DNA of 64,000 bases. Source: Cellulophaga sp. GTDB taxonomy: Bacteria; Bacteroidota; Bacteroidia; Flavobacteriales; Flavobacteriaceae. The notes beneath the pieces are model-generated. The model was not told where the DNA came from. It searched no databases and worked only from the letters and a program-made list of their open reading frames with translations. Below, one piece after another: positions 9,657-19,153 of the stretch (the first letter of the stretch is position 1; each line of letters starts with the position of its first letter). The translations under genes and the position numbers were made by a program. The stretch covers positions 20,617 to 84,616 of the forward strand of contig JANQTG010000143.1 in the NCBI GenBank assembly GCA_030731855.1. Reading direction: 5' to 3'.

Positions 9657-11950
9657 TAGTTTACTATTTTTTCTTTTTTACGTTTTTCTCTTTCTTGTAC
9701 ATCAATTACCGCAATCGCTACCATGTTTACCATTTCGTCTACACCAGCACCTAATTGAAGAATATGTACCGATTTTCTTAGTCCTAACATAATAGGGCCA
9801 ATACTATCTGCCTTATTTAATTCTTTCAATAATTTATAAGTAATATTGGCAGACTCTAAATTTGGAAAAATTAACGTATTTACCTTTTTACCTGCTAGTT
9901 TTGAAAAAGGGAATTTACTTTGATGTAACTCTTTGTTCAAGGCAAAATCCATTTGAACTTCACCATCTACAACCAAATCTGGTGCTGTTTCATGTAAAAT
10001 TTTTACAGCATCACGCACTTTAGTGGCATCTGGGTGATTTGAAGAACCAAAATTAGCGTAAGACAACATCGCCATAACAGGATCAAAACCAAATGTAGTA
10101 GCAACATTGGCGGTCATTTTAGCTATTTCGGCAAGCTCTGCTGCCGTTGGATCTATGTTTATTGACGTATCTGCCAAAAATAGCGGACCACGTTCTGTAA
10201 TCATAATATTTACGGTAGCCACTTTTTTAACATTTGCGGCTCTCCCAATCACTTCAAAAATAGGTTTTACTACGGTTGGATATGCTCTTGAATAGCCCGA
10301 AATCATTCCGTCAGCATCACCTTCTAAAACCATCATTGCTGCAAAATAATTACGTTCTCGCATTTTAGATTTTGCACCGTAAAGAGTAAATCCGCTTCTT
10401 CTTCTGTTTTCCCAGAATTTTGTGGCATATTGGTCTCTTTTTTCGAGAGACTCTTTATCCTTTGGATCTACTATTAAAAGGTCCGCATCAAACTCTAACT
10501 CCTTTTTAAGCTCTGTGATTAGTTCTTTATTTCCTAATAAAACAGGAATCGCTATTCCTTCTTCGTAGGCTATTTGCGCTGCTTTTAAAACATCTAAATG
10601 CTCAGCCTCGGCAAAAACAATTTTTTTAGGACTCATTTTAGCCCTATTGTGTAATAAACGAACAATTTTATTGTCGTTACCTAAACGTTGTAAAAGCTCT
10701 TCTTTGTACTTATCCCAATCGTCTATCGGATTTTTAGCAACACCACTTTCCATAGCTGCTTTTGCCACCGCTGGCGGAATTTCAGCAATAAGTCTTGGGT
10801 CAAAAGGTTTTGGAATTATATATTCTTTACCAAACGTAAGTCTGGTTTCGCCGTACGCAATATTTACTTGCTCGGGTACTGCTTGTTTTGCTAAATCTGC
10901 CAAAGCTTTAACCGCAGCCATTTTCATAGGTTCATTAATTTTTGTAGCTCTAACATCTAAAGCACCACGAAAAATAAACGGAAAACCTAACACATTATTT
11001 ACTTGATTAGGATGATCAGAACGGCCTGTAGCCATGATAATATCTTTTCTAGTTTTAACCGCTAAATCGTACTCAATTTCAGGATCAGGATTTGCCATTG
11101 CGAAAACTATTGGGTTCTCTGCCATAGTCAATAACATTTCTGGTGTTACAATATCCGCTATGGAAAGTCCCACAAAAACATCGGCATCAACCATAGCTTC
11201 TTCCAGCGTATCGATTTTTCTATCGGAAGCAAACTCTAATTTTTCGACAGATAAGGTTTCTCTATCAGATCGGATAACCCCTTTACTATCAAGCATTACA
11301 ATATTCTCGTCTTTTGCACCAAAAGCTTTGTACAAACGTGTACAAGAAACTGCTGCCGCACCAGCGCCACTAATTACAATACGTACTTCACTAATTTTTT
11401 TATTACTTAGCTCTAATGCATTTAATAGTGCCGCAGCAGAAATAATAGCCGTTCCGTGCTGATCGTCGTGCATTACAGGAATATCAAGCTCTTCTTTTAA
11501 GCGTCTTTCTATTTCAAAAGCTTCAGGGGCTTTTATATCTTCTAGATTTATACCTCCAAACGTAGGAGCTATCATTTTTACCGTTTGAATAAACTTTTCT
11601 ACATCTTCGGTATCTACTTCAATATCAATACCGTCAATATCAGCAAAGATTTTAAACAATAAGCCTTTTCCTTCCATTACAGGCTTTGAAGCCTCAGGAC
11701 CAATATTACCCAAACCAAGTACAGCCGTACCGTTTGATATGACTGCCACTAGATTTCCTTTTGATGTGTACTTGTAGACATTTTCTTTGTCTTTAGCGAT
11801 TTCTAAACAAGGCTCTGCAACCCCTGGAGAATATGCTAAGGCTAAATCGCGCTGCGTAGCATAAGGTTTTGTAGGTACAATTTTTATTTTTCCTGGTTGT
11901 GGTTTTGCATGGTATACTAATGCTTCACGACGTTTAGATTCTTTACTCAT
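9656..11950 (-). CDS. maeB: NADP-dependent malic enzyme with C-terminal phosphotransacetylase-like domain
   Basis: [51 protein letters not shown], followed by a PTA-like domain. Confidence 0.97.
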   Translation of the reverse strand: MSKESKRREALVYHAKPQPGKIKIVPTKPYATQRDLALAYSPGVAEPCLEIAKDKENVYKYTSKGNLVAVISNGTAVLGLGNIGPEASKPVMEGKGLLFKIFADIDGIDIEVDTEDVEKFIQTVKMIAPTFGGINLEDIKAPEAFEIERRLKEELDIPVMHDDQHGTAIISAAALLNALELSNKKISEVRIVISGAGAAAVSCTRLYKAFGAKDENIVMLDSKGVIRSDRETLSVEKLEFASDRKIDTLEEAMVDADVFVGLSIADIVTPEMLLTMAENPIVFAMANPDPEIEYDLAVKTRKDIIMATGRSDHPNQVNNVLGFPFIFRGALDVRATKINEPMKMAAVKALADLAKQAVPEQVNIAYGETRLTFGKEYIIPKPFDPRLIAEIPPAVAKAAMESGVAKNPIDDWDKYKEELLQRLGNDNKIVRLLHNRAKMSPKKIVFAEAEHLDVLKAAQIAYEEGIAIPVLLGNKELITELKKELEFDADLLIVDPKDKESLEKRDQYATKFWENRRRSGFTLYGAKSKMRERNYFAAMMVLEGDADGMISGYSRAYPTVVKPIFEVIGRAANVKKVATVNIMITERGPLFLADTSINIDPTAAELAEIAKMTANVATTFGFDPVMAMLSYANFGSSNHPDATKVRDAVKILHETAPDLVVDGEVQMDFALNKELHQSKFPFSKLAGKKVNTLIFPNLESANITYKLLKELNKADSIGPIMLGLRKSVHILQLGAGVDEMVNMVAIAVIDVQEREKRKKEKIVN

Positions 11951-11970
11951 AATATATAACTATTAAAACA

Positions 11971-11978
11971 CAAATTTA
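11971..11978 (-). promoter_or_regulatory. -7 promoter element (TAAATTTG) upstream of maeB
   Basis: Matches TAnnTTTG 20 nt before the ATG. Confidence 0.6.
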
Positions 11979-12014
11979 CATGGAATCTTCTTAGGAACAT
12001 TAGAATTTTTATAG

Positions 12015-12046
12015 AAAAAAGGCATTAAATTTTATTTAATGCCTTT
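12015..12046 (-). terminator. Intrinsic terminator downstream of the MFS gene
   Basis: 13-bp stem AAAGGCATTAAAT/ATTTAATGCCTTT with a U-tract on the minus strand. Confidence 0.8.
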
Positions 12047-12076
12047 AAATTTTTTTTCTGTTTTAAACTTACGGAG

Positions 12077-13384
12077 TTATTCTTTTTTTACCTCTGTTTC
12101 ATTAAGTCTTAATGCCAAAACTGCTGCAATTACAAAAAATACCCCACCAAATAAGATGGCATTAATGGCACTATCGGCTAGTAAGTATTTATAGATAGGC
12201 CCAAAAGTTATGGTCTGTATCCCCATAGGAATTACAATCATCATATTTAAAATTCCCATGTAAACCCCTCTTCGATCTTGAGGAACAATTTTAGAAACCA
12301 TGGTGTATGGAATACCCATCATTGCCGCCCAACCAATACCAAATAATACCATAGGTATTAAAACTAATTGTAGATCTGCGATATAAGGAATTAAAAATAA
12401 GGCTAAACCTGTTCCTAAAAGACTTAAAGCATAGATTTTCTTTCCTCCAAATTTAAGGGTAAGTGGAACTAATGCCAGTGCCACTATTGCGGTAACAATA
12501 TTATACGTTAAACTCATTTTAGCAGATTGTGCTGCGGCTGTTGAAATATCAAAATCCATCGTAGCCATAAATAATGGTGTAATATACTGCCAGTAAATAA
12601 ATAAGGCATACCATTGAAACAAGTAAACAGCCGATAGCTTCCACATAAATTTGGGCATTTCTTTTACCGCTTTTGAAATTTCAACAAAAGGCATTTTAAA
12701 CCTTTCAGCAAAGGATAAACTTTTGTGATTGTTAATTTCTACCATTTCTTCATCCGAAGGAGGAATTTCTGGCGTTTTTAAAACAGACCACAAAATAGTT
12801 GCTACAGATAAAAAAGCACCAATAAAAAAAGAATAATACAACCATTTAGGAATTTCACCTTCAATTTCAGTAGCACCACCAAACCAGTCTTGAAACCAAA
12901 TAATAGACATCATGGCTAGCGCAATGCCACCACCAACAAATAAACTTTGCATCTGATACCCAAAACTTAATTGTTTTTCGGGTAATTTATCCCCTACAAA
13001 AGCCCGATAAGGTTCCATAGCCATATTATTACCAGCATCTAGAATCCATAATAAACCAACTGCAAACCAAAGCGTAGGACTTAAAGGAAAAGCAAACAAA
13101 CAAAGACTCCCCAAAATAGCGCCGATTAAAAAGAATGGTTTTCTTCTTCCCCATTTGGGCGACCATGTTTTATCAGAAATGGCGCCAATAATTGGCTGTA
13201 CAACCAAACCTGTAACTGGACCAGCAATATTTAATATAGGTAACATTTCTTCTGATGCCCCTAGATATAAAAAAATAGGATTGATGGCCGTTTGTTGCAA
13301 TCCAAAACTATATTGAATCCCAAGGAATCCGACGTTCATATTAAAAATTTGCCAAAAGCTTAAATTCGGTTTTTTAATTTTCAT
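12077..13384 (-). CDS. MFS/GPH sugar transporter (SLC45/MalT-like; maltose or sucrose class)
   Basis: About 12 TM segments; QPIIGAISDKTW...GRRKPFFLIG, LDAGNNMAMEPYRAFVGD, GVYMGILNMMIVIP. Confidence 0.85.
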   Translation of the reverse strand: MKIKKPNLSFWQIFNMNVGFLGIQYSFGLQQTAINPIFLYLGASEEMLPILNIAGPVTGLVVQPIIGAISDKTWSPKWGRRKPFFLIGAILGSLCLFAFPLSPTLWFAVGLLWILDAGNNMAMEPYRAFVGDKLPEKQLSFGYQMQSLFVGGGIALAMMSIIWFQDWFGGATEIEGEIPKWLYYSFFIGAFLSVATILWSVLKTPEIPPSDEEMVEINNHKSLSFAERFKMPFVEISKAVKEMPKFMWKLSAVYLFQWYALFIYWQYITPLFMATMDFDISTAAAQSAKMSLTYNIVTAIVALALVPLTLKFGGKKIYALSLLGTGLALFLIPYIADLQLVLIPMVLFGIGWAAMMGIPYTMVSKIVPQDRRGVYMGILNMMIVIPMGIQTITFGPIYKYLLADSAINAILFGGVFFVIAAVLALRLNETEVKKE

Positions 13385-13568
13385 TTTAATCTTTATTAAT
13401 AGATTCTGTATTTTACAGTATTCACAAAATAGATGTATAAAATTATACTATTTTCAAATAAATACATCGGAAGGTACTATTTTAATGGTTTGTGTTCTTT
13501 TATTATAGCAAAATAATAGACATATTTACTCCGAAAACGTTGTAAATAGACATTTTTTAAAACTAGCA

Positions 13569-14495
13569 TTACTTTAAAAAATCAATATTCCGTTGCAAAC
13601 CCGAAAATTTAGTCCGTTTTACAGCAGATTTTTGAAATACTTTTTTAAATACATCTTCGGTAATTTCTTGCCAATCTTTTTTGGTCATTGACAATAACTC
13701 TGGATGCGGATTAAAAAGCGGTTCATTATGTGGTTTTGAAAATTTATTCCAAGGACATACATCTTGACAAACATCACAACCAAAAGCCCAGTCATCAAAC
13801 TTTCCTCTAAATTCTGATGGCAATTCGTTTTTTAATTCGATGGTGAAATACGAGATACATTTACTGCCATCTACCACGTAAGGCTCAGTTATTGCCTGAG
13901 TTGGGCAGGCATCGATACATGCCGTACAGGTACCACAATGATCGGTTACCGGCGTATCGTATTCCAAATCTAAATCGATAATTAATTCGGCAATAAAGTA
14001 AAAAGATCCTACTTTTTGAGTTAACAAATTACTGTGTTTGCCTATCCAGCCTAAACCACTTTTTGCCGCCCAAGCTTTATCTAAAACTGGGGCAGAATCT
14101 ACAAAAGCACGACCGCTAACGTTACCAATTTCTTCACTTATGAATTCTTGTAAGGCTTTTAACTTACTTTTAATTACATGATGATAATCATTCCCATAAG
14201 CATATTTTGAGATTTTATAGGTTTCCGATATTTGCGTTTCTTCTGGATAATAATTTAATAAAAGAGAAATTACAGATTTTGAATCGTTTACCAGCAATCT
14301 TGGATCTAAGCGTTTATCAAAATTATTTTCCATGTACTGCATTTCGCCGTGCATGTTTTTCTTCAACCATTTTTCTAATCGCGGTGCTTCTTGCTCCAAA
14401 AAATCGGCTTTAGAAATTCCGCAAGACAAAAATCCCAATCTTTTGGCTTCATTTTTTATTAATTGCGTATATTTCTGCTTAGAATTAATGGACAT
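13569..14495 (-). CDS. queG: tRNA epoxyqueuosine(34) reductase
   Basis: [29 protein letters not shown], Fe-S motifs [13 protein letters not shown] and [12 protein letters not shown]. Confidence 0.97.
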   Translation of the reverse strand: MSINSKQKYTQLIKNEAKRLGFLSCGISKADFLEQEAPRLEKWLKKNMHGEMQYMENNFDKRLDPRLLVNDSKSVISLLLNYYPEETQISETYKISKYAYGNDYHHVIKSKLKALQEFISEEIGNVSGRAFVDSAPVLDKAWAAKSGLGWIGKHSNLLTQKVGSFYFIAELIIDLDLEYDTPVTDHCGTCTACIDACPTQAITEPYVVDGSKCISYFTIELKNELPSEFRGKFDDWAFGCDVCQDVCPWNKFSKPHNEPLFNPHPELLSMTKKDWQEITEDVFKKVFQKSAVKRTKFSGLQRNIDFLK

Positions 14496-14604
14496 GAATT
14501 TGTAATTGATTTTTAATCGAACCTAAAACACAAAAATAAATAGTAATGATGTAACAATTTTTATTTTTGAAGACTAACAAAGCGTACCAATTTAAACAAC
14601 TTAG

Positions 14605-15360
14605 ATGATACATATCGAAAATTTAACCAAATCTTTTACGGCAACCACCAAAAAAGGTCTGAAAACAGAAAAAACTATTGTTAATGCAGTAAACCAAGTT
14701 TCCTTTGATTGTAAACCTGGCCGAATTTTTTCACTACTTGGCCCAAACGGTGCAGGAAAAACAACCACCTTAAGAATGATTGCAGGTATTATTAAACCCA
14801 CCTCTGGCACTGCTATTGTTGATGGTGTTGATATTCTTAAAGACAGTGACGAAGTTAAGAAACACATTGGCTTTTTAACCGGTTCTACAGGCTTGTACGA
14901 ACGTTTAAACCCTGATGAAACTATTGATTTTTTTGGAAAACTCTATAAAATTCCAGAAGCGCAACTGCAAGAACGCAAAGAATACTTGTTTGAAAAACTA
15001 GGCATCAACGATTTCAGAAAAAAAAGAATGGGACAAATGAGTACTGGTATGAAACAGAAAGTTTCGATTGCCAGAACACTTATTCATGATCCAGAGGTGT
15101 TAATATTTGATGAACCTACATCAGGGCTTGATGTAATTACAGCAGAAAGTATTATTGAACTAATTCGTGAATCAAAAGAAAATAATAAAACGGTTATTTT
15201 TTCTTCGCATATTATGAGCGAGGTAGATTTATTGTGCGACGATCTTGCCATTATCAATAATGGAAGTATTATTTACAATGATACTTTTGAAAATTTCAAA
15301 GGAGAAATGAAAGCAAAAAACCTGACTCAAGAATTTATTAACCGTGTAAAAGAAGCTTAA
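14605..15360 (+). CDS. ABC exporter ATP-binding subunit (NatA-like)
   Basis: Walker A GPNGAGKTT, signature MSTGMKQK, Walker B LIFDEPTSGLD, SSH switch. Confidence 0.9.
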   Translation: MIHIENLTKSFTATTKKGLKTEKTIVNAVNQVSFDCKPGRIFSLLGPNGAGKTTTLRMIAGIIKPTSGTAIVDGVDILKDSDEVKKHIGFLTGSTGLYERLNPDETIDFFGKLYKIPEAQLQERKEYLFEKLGINDFRKKRMGQMSTGMKQKVSIARTLIHDPEVLIFDEPTSGLDVITAESIIELIRESKENNKTVIFSSHIMSEVDLLCDDLAIINNGSIIYNDTFENFKGEMKAKNLTQEFINRVKEA

Positions 15361-15361
15361 G

Positions 15362-16540
15362 ATGAACGATTTATTTATAATTATAAAAAAAGAGCTTACT
15401 GAGCTTCTAAGAGATAAAAAAACAATTATTAACTCCATTGTTTTACCTACTGTTTTAGTGCCAATTTTAATTTTTGGTGCTATGAAAGTCACCGAAATGA
15501 TTCAAAAAAGTAATGAAGAAAAATCGGTTAAAATCGGATTGGTAAATGCCCCAAAAAACTTTTATAATCTTGTAGCTGCTGACACTTTAAATAAAATTAC
15601 GGTATATGAAGAGGTGAGAGATTTTAAACAACTTATTGACGATGAAACCATACAGACTGCTATTGTTTTTCCAAGCGATTGGGATGCACAAATGAACAAC
15701 TTGTCCACTAGCGAAGTTCAAATTTTCAGAAATGGCTCTAAAGACAACGTCAATGGACGAGCAACTAAATTAATTGAAATTTATAATGCACAATTAAAAG
15801 CTGCCAGAATTACAACACTTGAAATTCCTACTGAAAAGTTAACTCCTTTTACCGAAAACTATGTTGAAGTTGGCGAACAAAAAGAGGTGATTGGAAAACG
15901 AATAGGTGGCTTTATTCCTTATTTATTTATTTTAACCATGTGGGGTGGTTGTTTGTTAGCTGCGGTTGATTTGGTAACAGGAGAAAAAGAGCGTAAAACG
16001 ATAGAAACTACCTTATCACTGCCGATTTCAAAATTTAAAGTGCTATTAGGTAAAACAATTGTAGCCTCTTTATTAGGTTTTATTCCTGCCTTATTAAATT
16101 TAGTGGGTTTAATTGTCGGACTAAAACTTATTGATGGTATTCCAGCAGTTTTTAACGACGCTATTGGAGAAATGCTCAACTTTCAATCGATCACCATGAT
16201 TTTGTTGTTGCTTATTCCGTTTTCGTTATTTTTATCAGGACTTATTATTGCTTTAGTGGCAGGAGCGACTTCGTTTAAAGAAGCACAAAGTAAAGCATCA
16301 CCCATAATAATGTTAATCATTATTCCTTTAGTATTAGCCCTAATGCCAGGTATAGAATTAACTTGGAGTACGGTTTTAATTCCGGTTTTAAATATTGGTT
16401 TAGGGGTGAAAGAGATTATGGCTGGTACTATTGATATGACTCAATATGCTGTAATACTTTTATCGTTATTAGCCTTTGCTGTGGGTGCTGTATACTTTAG
16501 TTACAAGAAATTCTCTGACGAGAATGCAATTTTGAAGTAA
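15362..16540 (+). CDS. ABC-2 type permease (NatB-like)
   Basis: KKELTELLRDKKT start, GEKERKTIETTLSLP motif, multiple TM segments; starts 1 nt after the ATPase stop. Confidence 0.87.
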   Translation: MNDLFIIIKKELTELLRDKKTIINSIVLPTVLVPILIFGAMKVTEMIQKSNEEKSVKIGLVNAPKNFYNLVAADTLNKITVYEEVRDFKQLIDDETIQTAIVFPSDWDAQMNNLSTSEVQIFRNGSKDNVNGRATKLIEIYNAQLKAARITTLEIPTEKLTPFTENYVEVGEQKEVIGKRIGGFIPYLFILTMWGGCLLAAVDLVTGEKERKTIETTLSLPISKFKVLLGKTIVASLLGFIPALLNLVGLIVGLKLIDGIPAVFNDAIGEMLNFQSITMILLLLIPFSLFLSGLIIALVAGATSFKEAQSKASPIIMLIIIPLVLALMPGIELTWSTVLIPVLNIGLGVKEIMAGTIDMTQYAVILLSLLAFAVGAVYFSYKKFSDENAILK

Positions 16541-16554
16541 GACACCATATTTAA

Positions 16555-16589
16555 AAAAAGCCTGTTTAATTTTTTTAAACAGGCTTTTT
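16555..16589. terminator. Bidirectional intrinsic terminator between the natB-like gene and P450
   Basis: 15-bp stem AAAAAGCCTGTTTAA/TTAAACAGGCTTTTT between convergent genes. Confidence 0.85.
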
Positions 16590-16612
16590 CTATTTAAAAT
16601 ATTTGCTGTTAG

Positions 16613-17941
16613 CTATTTTCTAAGTGTAAACTTCAAAGGCACTTCCTTCGGCTTTAAAGAAATTAGTGGGTTGATCTCAACTTCAGAGATTTCGGTAGTA
16701 ATTTGATACTTTTTCAAAATTTCTGCGACAGTAATAATCATTTCATACATGGCAAAATTATTCCCGACACACATTCTTGGTCCTGCACCAAAAGGGTAGT
16801 AATAATCTTGATATAATTTTTTATCGATTTCATTAAAACGATCTGGATAGAAAGTAGCAGGATTTTCCCAAAATTCTTCACATCGGTGCAATTCATAAAT
16901 ACTCATCAAAATCATGGTATCTTTTGGTATATTCATGTTTTCAAAAGTATCGTCTTGAATAGCAACCCTATCAATAACATATGCTGGCGGAAAAAGTCGC
17001 ATTGCTTCTTCAATACAATTTTGAATGTAGGGCAATTTCGCTAAATTCGGTAATATATCATCATCGGCTAAAGCTCCATACGTAGCTTCTTGATACGCTT
17101 TTTCTTGCACCTCAGGATGTTTTGCAAGTAAATACAGTAAAAAACTAAGCACATTTGCTGTAGTTTCATGACCTGCCGTAAATAAAATCAATACTTCATC
17201 AATCAGCTGCTTTTGAGGCATCGGAGTACCGTCTTCATACCTAGCCTGTAAAAGCATATCTAAAAGATCGTCTTTTTCTAGATTAGAATTTCTTCGCGTA
17301 TTTATTAGGGTACTTAGTATTTCTTGAGCCTCTTCGGAGAGCTTTAAATGCTTGTCTATTTTTCCAGAAAATTTAAACCACCAGTTTAAATACGGCTGTC
17401 GCATTTCTTTAATCAACATACGTTGATTGGTTTCTGTAATAAATTGTAAACGGTTCATTTCTTCCCGAATATTTTCACTACTAAATAATGATTGAGCCAC
17501 TACCTGAAATGCTAAATTACCCATTAAGCCATATACATCAACCGTTGTGTTATCAGGAATACCTTTAATTTCAGACAGAATCGCATCACGAACGGTTGTC
17601 ATTAAATTAGCTAACTTTTTCTTATGAAATGCAGGCTGTACCATTCGGCGATGGGTTCGCCAATGTTCTCCGTTTGATGTTAAGATACCATTGCCAATAT
17701 ACTTGGCTAAATCTTTAGTCTGTAAGGTAGATTTTTGATATGCCTTATGCTGCTTTTGAAGAATATGCTTTATAAAACCTGGGTTTTGAGTAAAAACAAT
17801 ATCTTGTTTCCATCCTGTTTGGACCTTAAACGTATGTCCGTGCTCTTTAAATTTTTCGTTATGGAAGGGCAAAGGGTTTTTAAGAATTCGTTTGCTATTC
17901 TTAATAACTTCTAAGCGTTTAACTGTGTATAGGTTTTTCAT
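16613..17941 (-). CDS. Cytochrome P450
   Basis: I-helix AGHETTA, ExxR (EEAMR), PDRF, heme ligand FGAGPRMCVG. Confidence 0.96.
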   Translation of the reverse strand: MKNLYTVKRLEVIKNSKRILKNPLPFHNEKFKEHGHTFKVQTGWKQDIVFTQNPGFIKHILQKQHKAYQKSTLQTKDLAKYIGNGILTSNGEHWRTHRRMVQPAFHKKKLANLMTTVRDAILSEIKGIPDNTTVDVYGLMGNLAFQVVAQSLFSSENIREEMNRLQFITETNQRMLIKEMRQPYLNWWFKFSGKIDKHLKLSEEAQEILSTLINTRRNSNLEKDDLLDMLLQARYEDGTPMPQKQLIDEVLILFTAGHETTANVLSFLLYLLAKHPEVQEKAYQEATYGALADDDILPNLAKLPYIQNCIEEAMRLFPPAYVIDRVAIQDDTFENMNIPKDTMILMSIYELHRCEEFWENPATFYPDRFNEIDKKLYQDYYYPFGAGPRMCVGNNFAMYEMIITVAEILKKYQITTEISEVEINPLISLKPKEVPLKFTLRK

Positions 17942-18028
17942 CTAAATAAAAATCACTAAAACTATTATGGGTTTATTTTTATCGGTTAGTACAACCAATA
18001 TATAATTCAATGCCTCTAATGGCTTTCC

Positions 18029-19051
18029 TTAAAATAAGCCTCCTTGAATATTCCCCTTTATTCTGCCTAAATGTTTGTAGGCCAATTCTGTTACTTCTCG
18101 ACCACGTGGTGTGCGCATAATAAAACCTTGTTGAATTAAAAAAGGTTCATATACTTCTTCAATGGTTTCGGCACTTTCTGAAACTGCTGTTGCCAAGGTA
18201 GTAATCCCTACAGGGCCACCTTTAAACTTATCGATTAAAGTTAATAGAATTTTATTATCCATTTCATCTAAGCCATGCGCATCCACATTCAAAGCTTTTA
18301 AGGCAAATCTTGAAATTTCGATATCTATTTTTCCATTTCCTTTTATCTGGGCAAAATCGCGCACTCTGCGCAGTAAGGCATTACAAATACGTGGTGTACC
18401 TCTACTTCTACCCGCGATTTCAATAGCTGCTTCGTTGGTAATTGGCATTTTTAAAATTTCGGCACTTCGGGTAACAATCGTCGATAATAATTCGGTAGAA
18501 TAATATTGTAACCTACTCTGAATTCCGAAACGAGCGCGCATCGGGGCCGTTAGTAATCCCGATCGCGTAGTTGCTCCAATTAATGTAAATGGATTTAAAT
18601 TGATTTGGACAGAGCGCGCATTTGGCCCTGTTTCAATCATAATATCAATCTTATAATCTTCCATTGCCGAGTATAAATATTCTTCAACAATAGGACTTAA
18701 ACGGTGTATTTCATCAATAAACAACACATCGCGTTCATCTAAGTTGGTTAACAATCCTGCTAAATCTCCTGGTTTATCTAGTACAGGGCCCGATGTTATT
18801 TTGATACCAACGCCTAATTCATTCGCTAAAATATGTGCTAATGTAGTTTTACCCAATCCTGGAGGGCCATGAAAAAGTGTGTGGTCTAGCGCTTCACTGC
18901 GCAGATTAGCCGCCTGAACAAAAACTTTTAAATTTTCTAAAATTTGATCTTGACCCGCAAAGTCTCCAAAACTAATAGGCCTTAAAGCTCTGTCGATATC
19001 CACTTCTTCTGGAGAGAAATGTTGGTTTGTAGGATCTAAATTTTCATTCAT
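18029..19051 (-). CDS. ruvB: Holliday junction DNA helicase RuvB
   Basis: LRP..F.DFAGQ, Walker [39 protein letters not shown]. Confidence 0.99.
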   Translation of the reverse strand: MNENLDPTNQHFSPEEVDIDRALRPISFGDFAGQDQILENLKVFVQAANLRSEALDHTLFHGPPGLGKTTLAHILANELGVGIKITSGPVLDKPGDLAGLLTNLDERDVLFIDEIHRLSPIVEEYLYSAMEDYKIDIMIETGPNARSVQINLNPFTLIGATTRSGLLTAPMRARFGIQSRLQYYSTELLSTIVTRSAEILKMPITNEAAIEIAGRSRGTPRICNALLRRVRDFAQIKGNGKIDIEISRFALKALNVDAHGLDEMDNKILLTLIDKFKGGPVGITTLATAVSESAETIEEVYEPFLIQQGFIMRTPRGREVTELAYKHLGRIKGNIQGGLF

Positions 19052-19056
19052 GACTA

Positions 19057-19064
19057 CAAAGATA
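19057..19064 (-). promoter_or_regulatory. -7 promoter element (TATCTTTG) upstream of ruvB
   Basis: Matches TAnnTTTG, only 5 nt from the ATG, which implies a near-leaderless transcript if it is real. Confidence 0.45.
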
Positions 19065-19153
19065 CTAGAAAGTAAGCAGTTCTAAAACAAGCTTTTCTTT
19101 TAATAAATACTAATAAAATCGTATTTTCATAATCTAAAAAATGTCTGCTTGCT

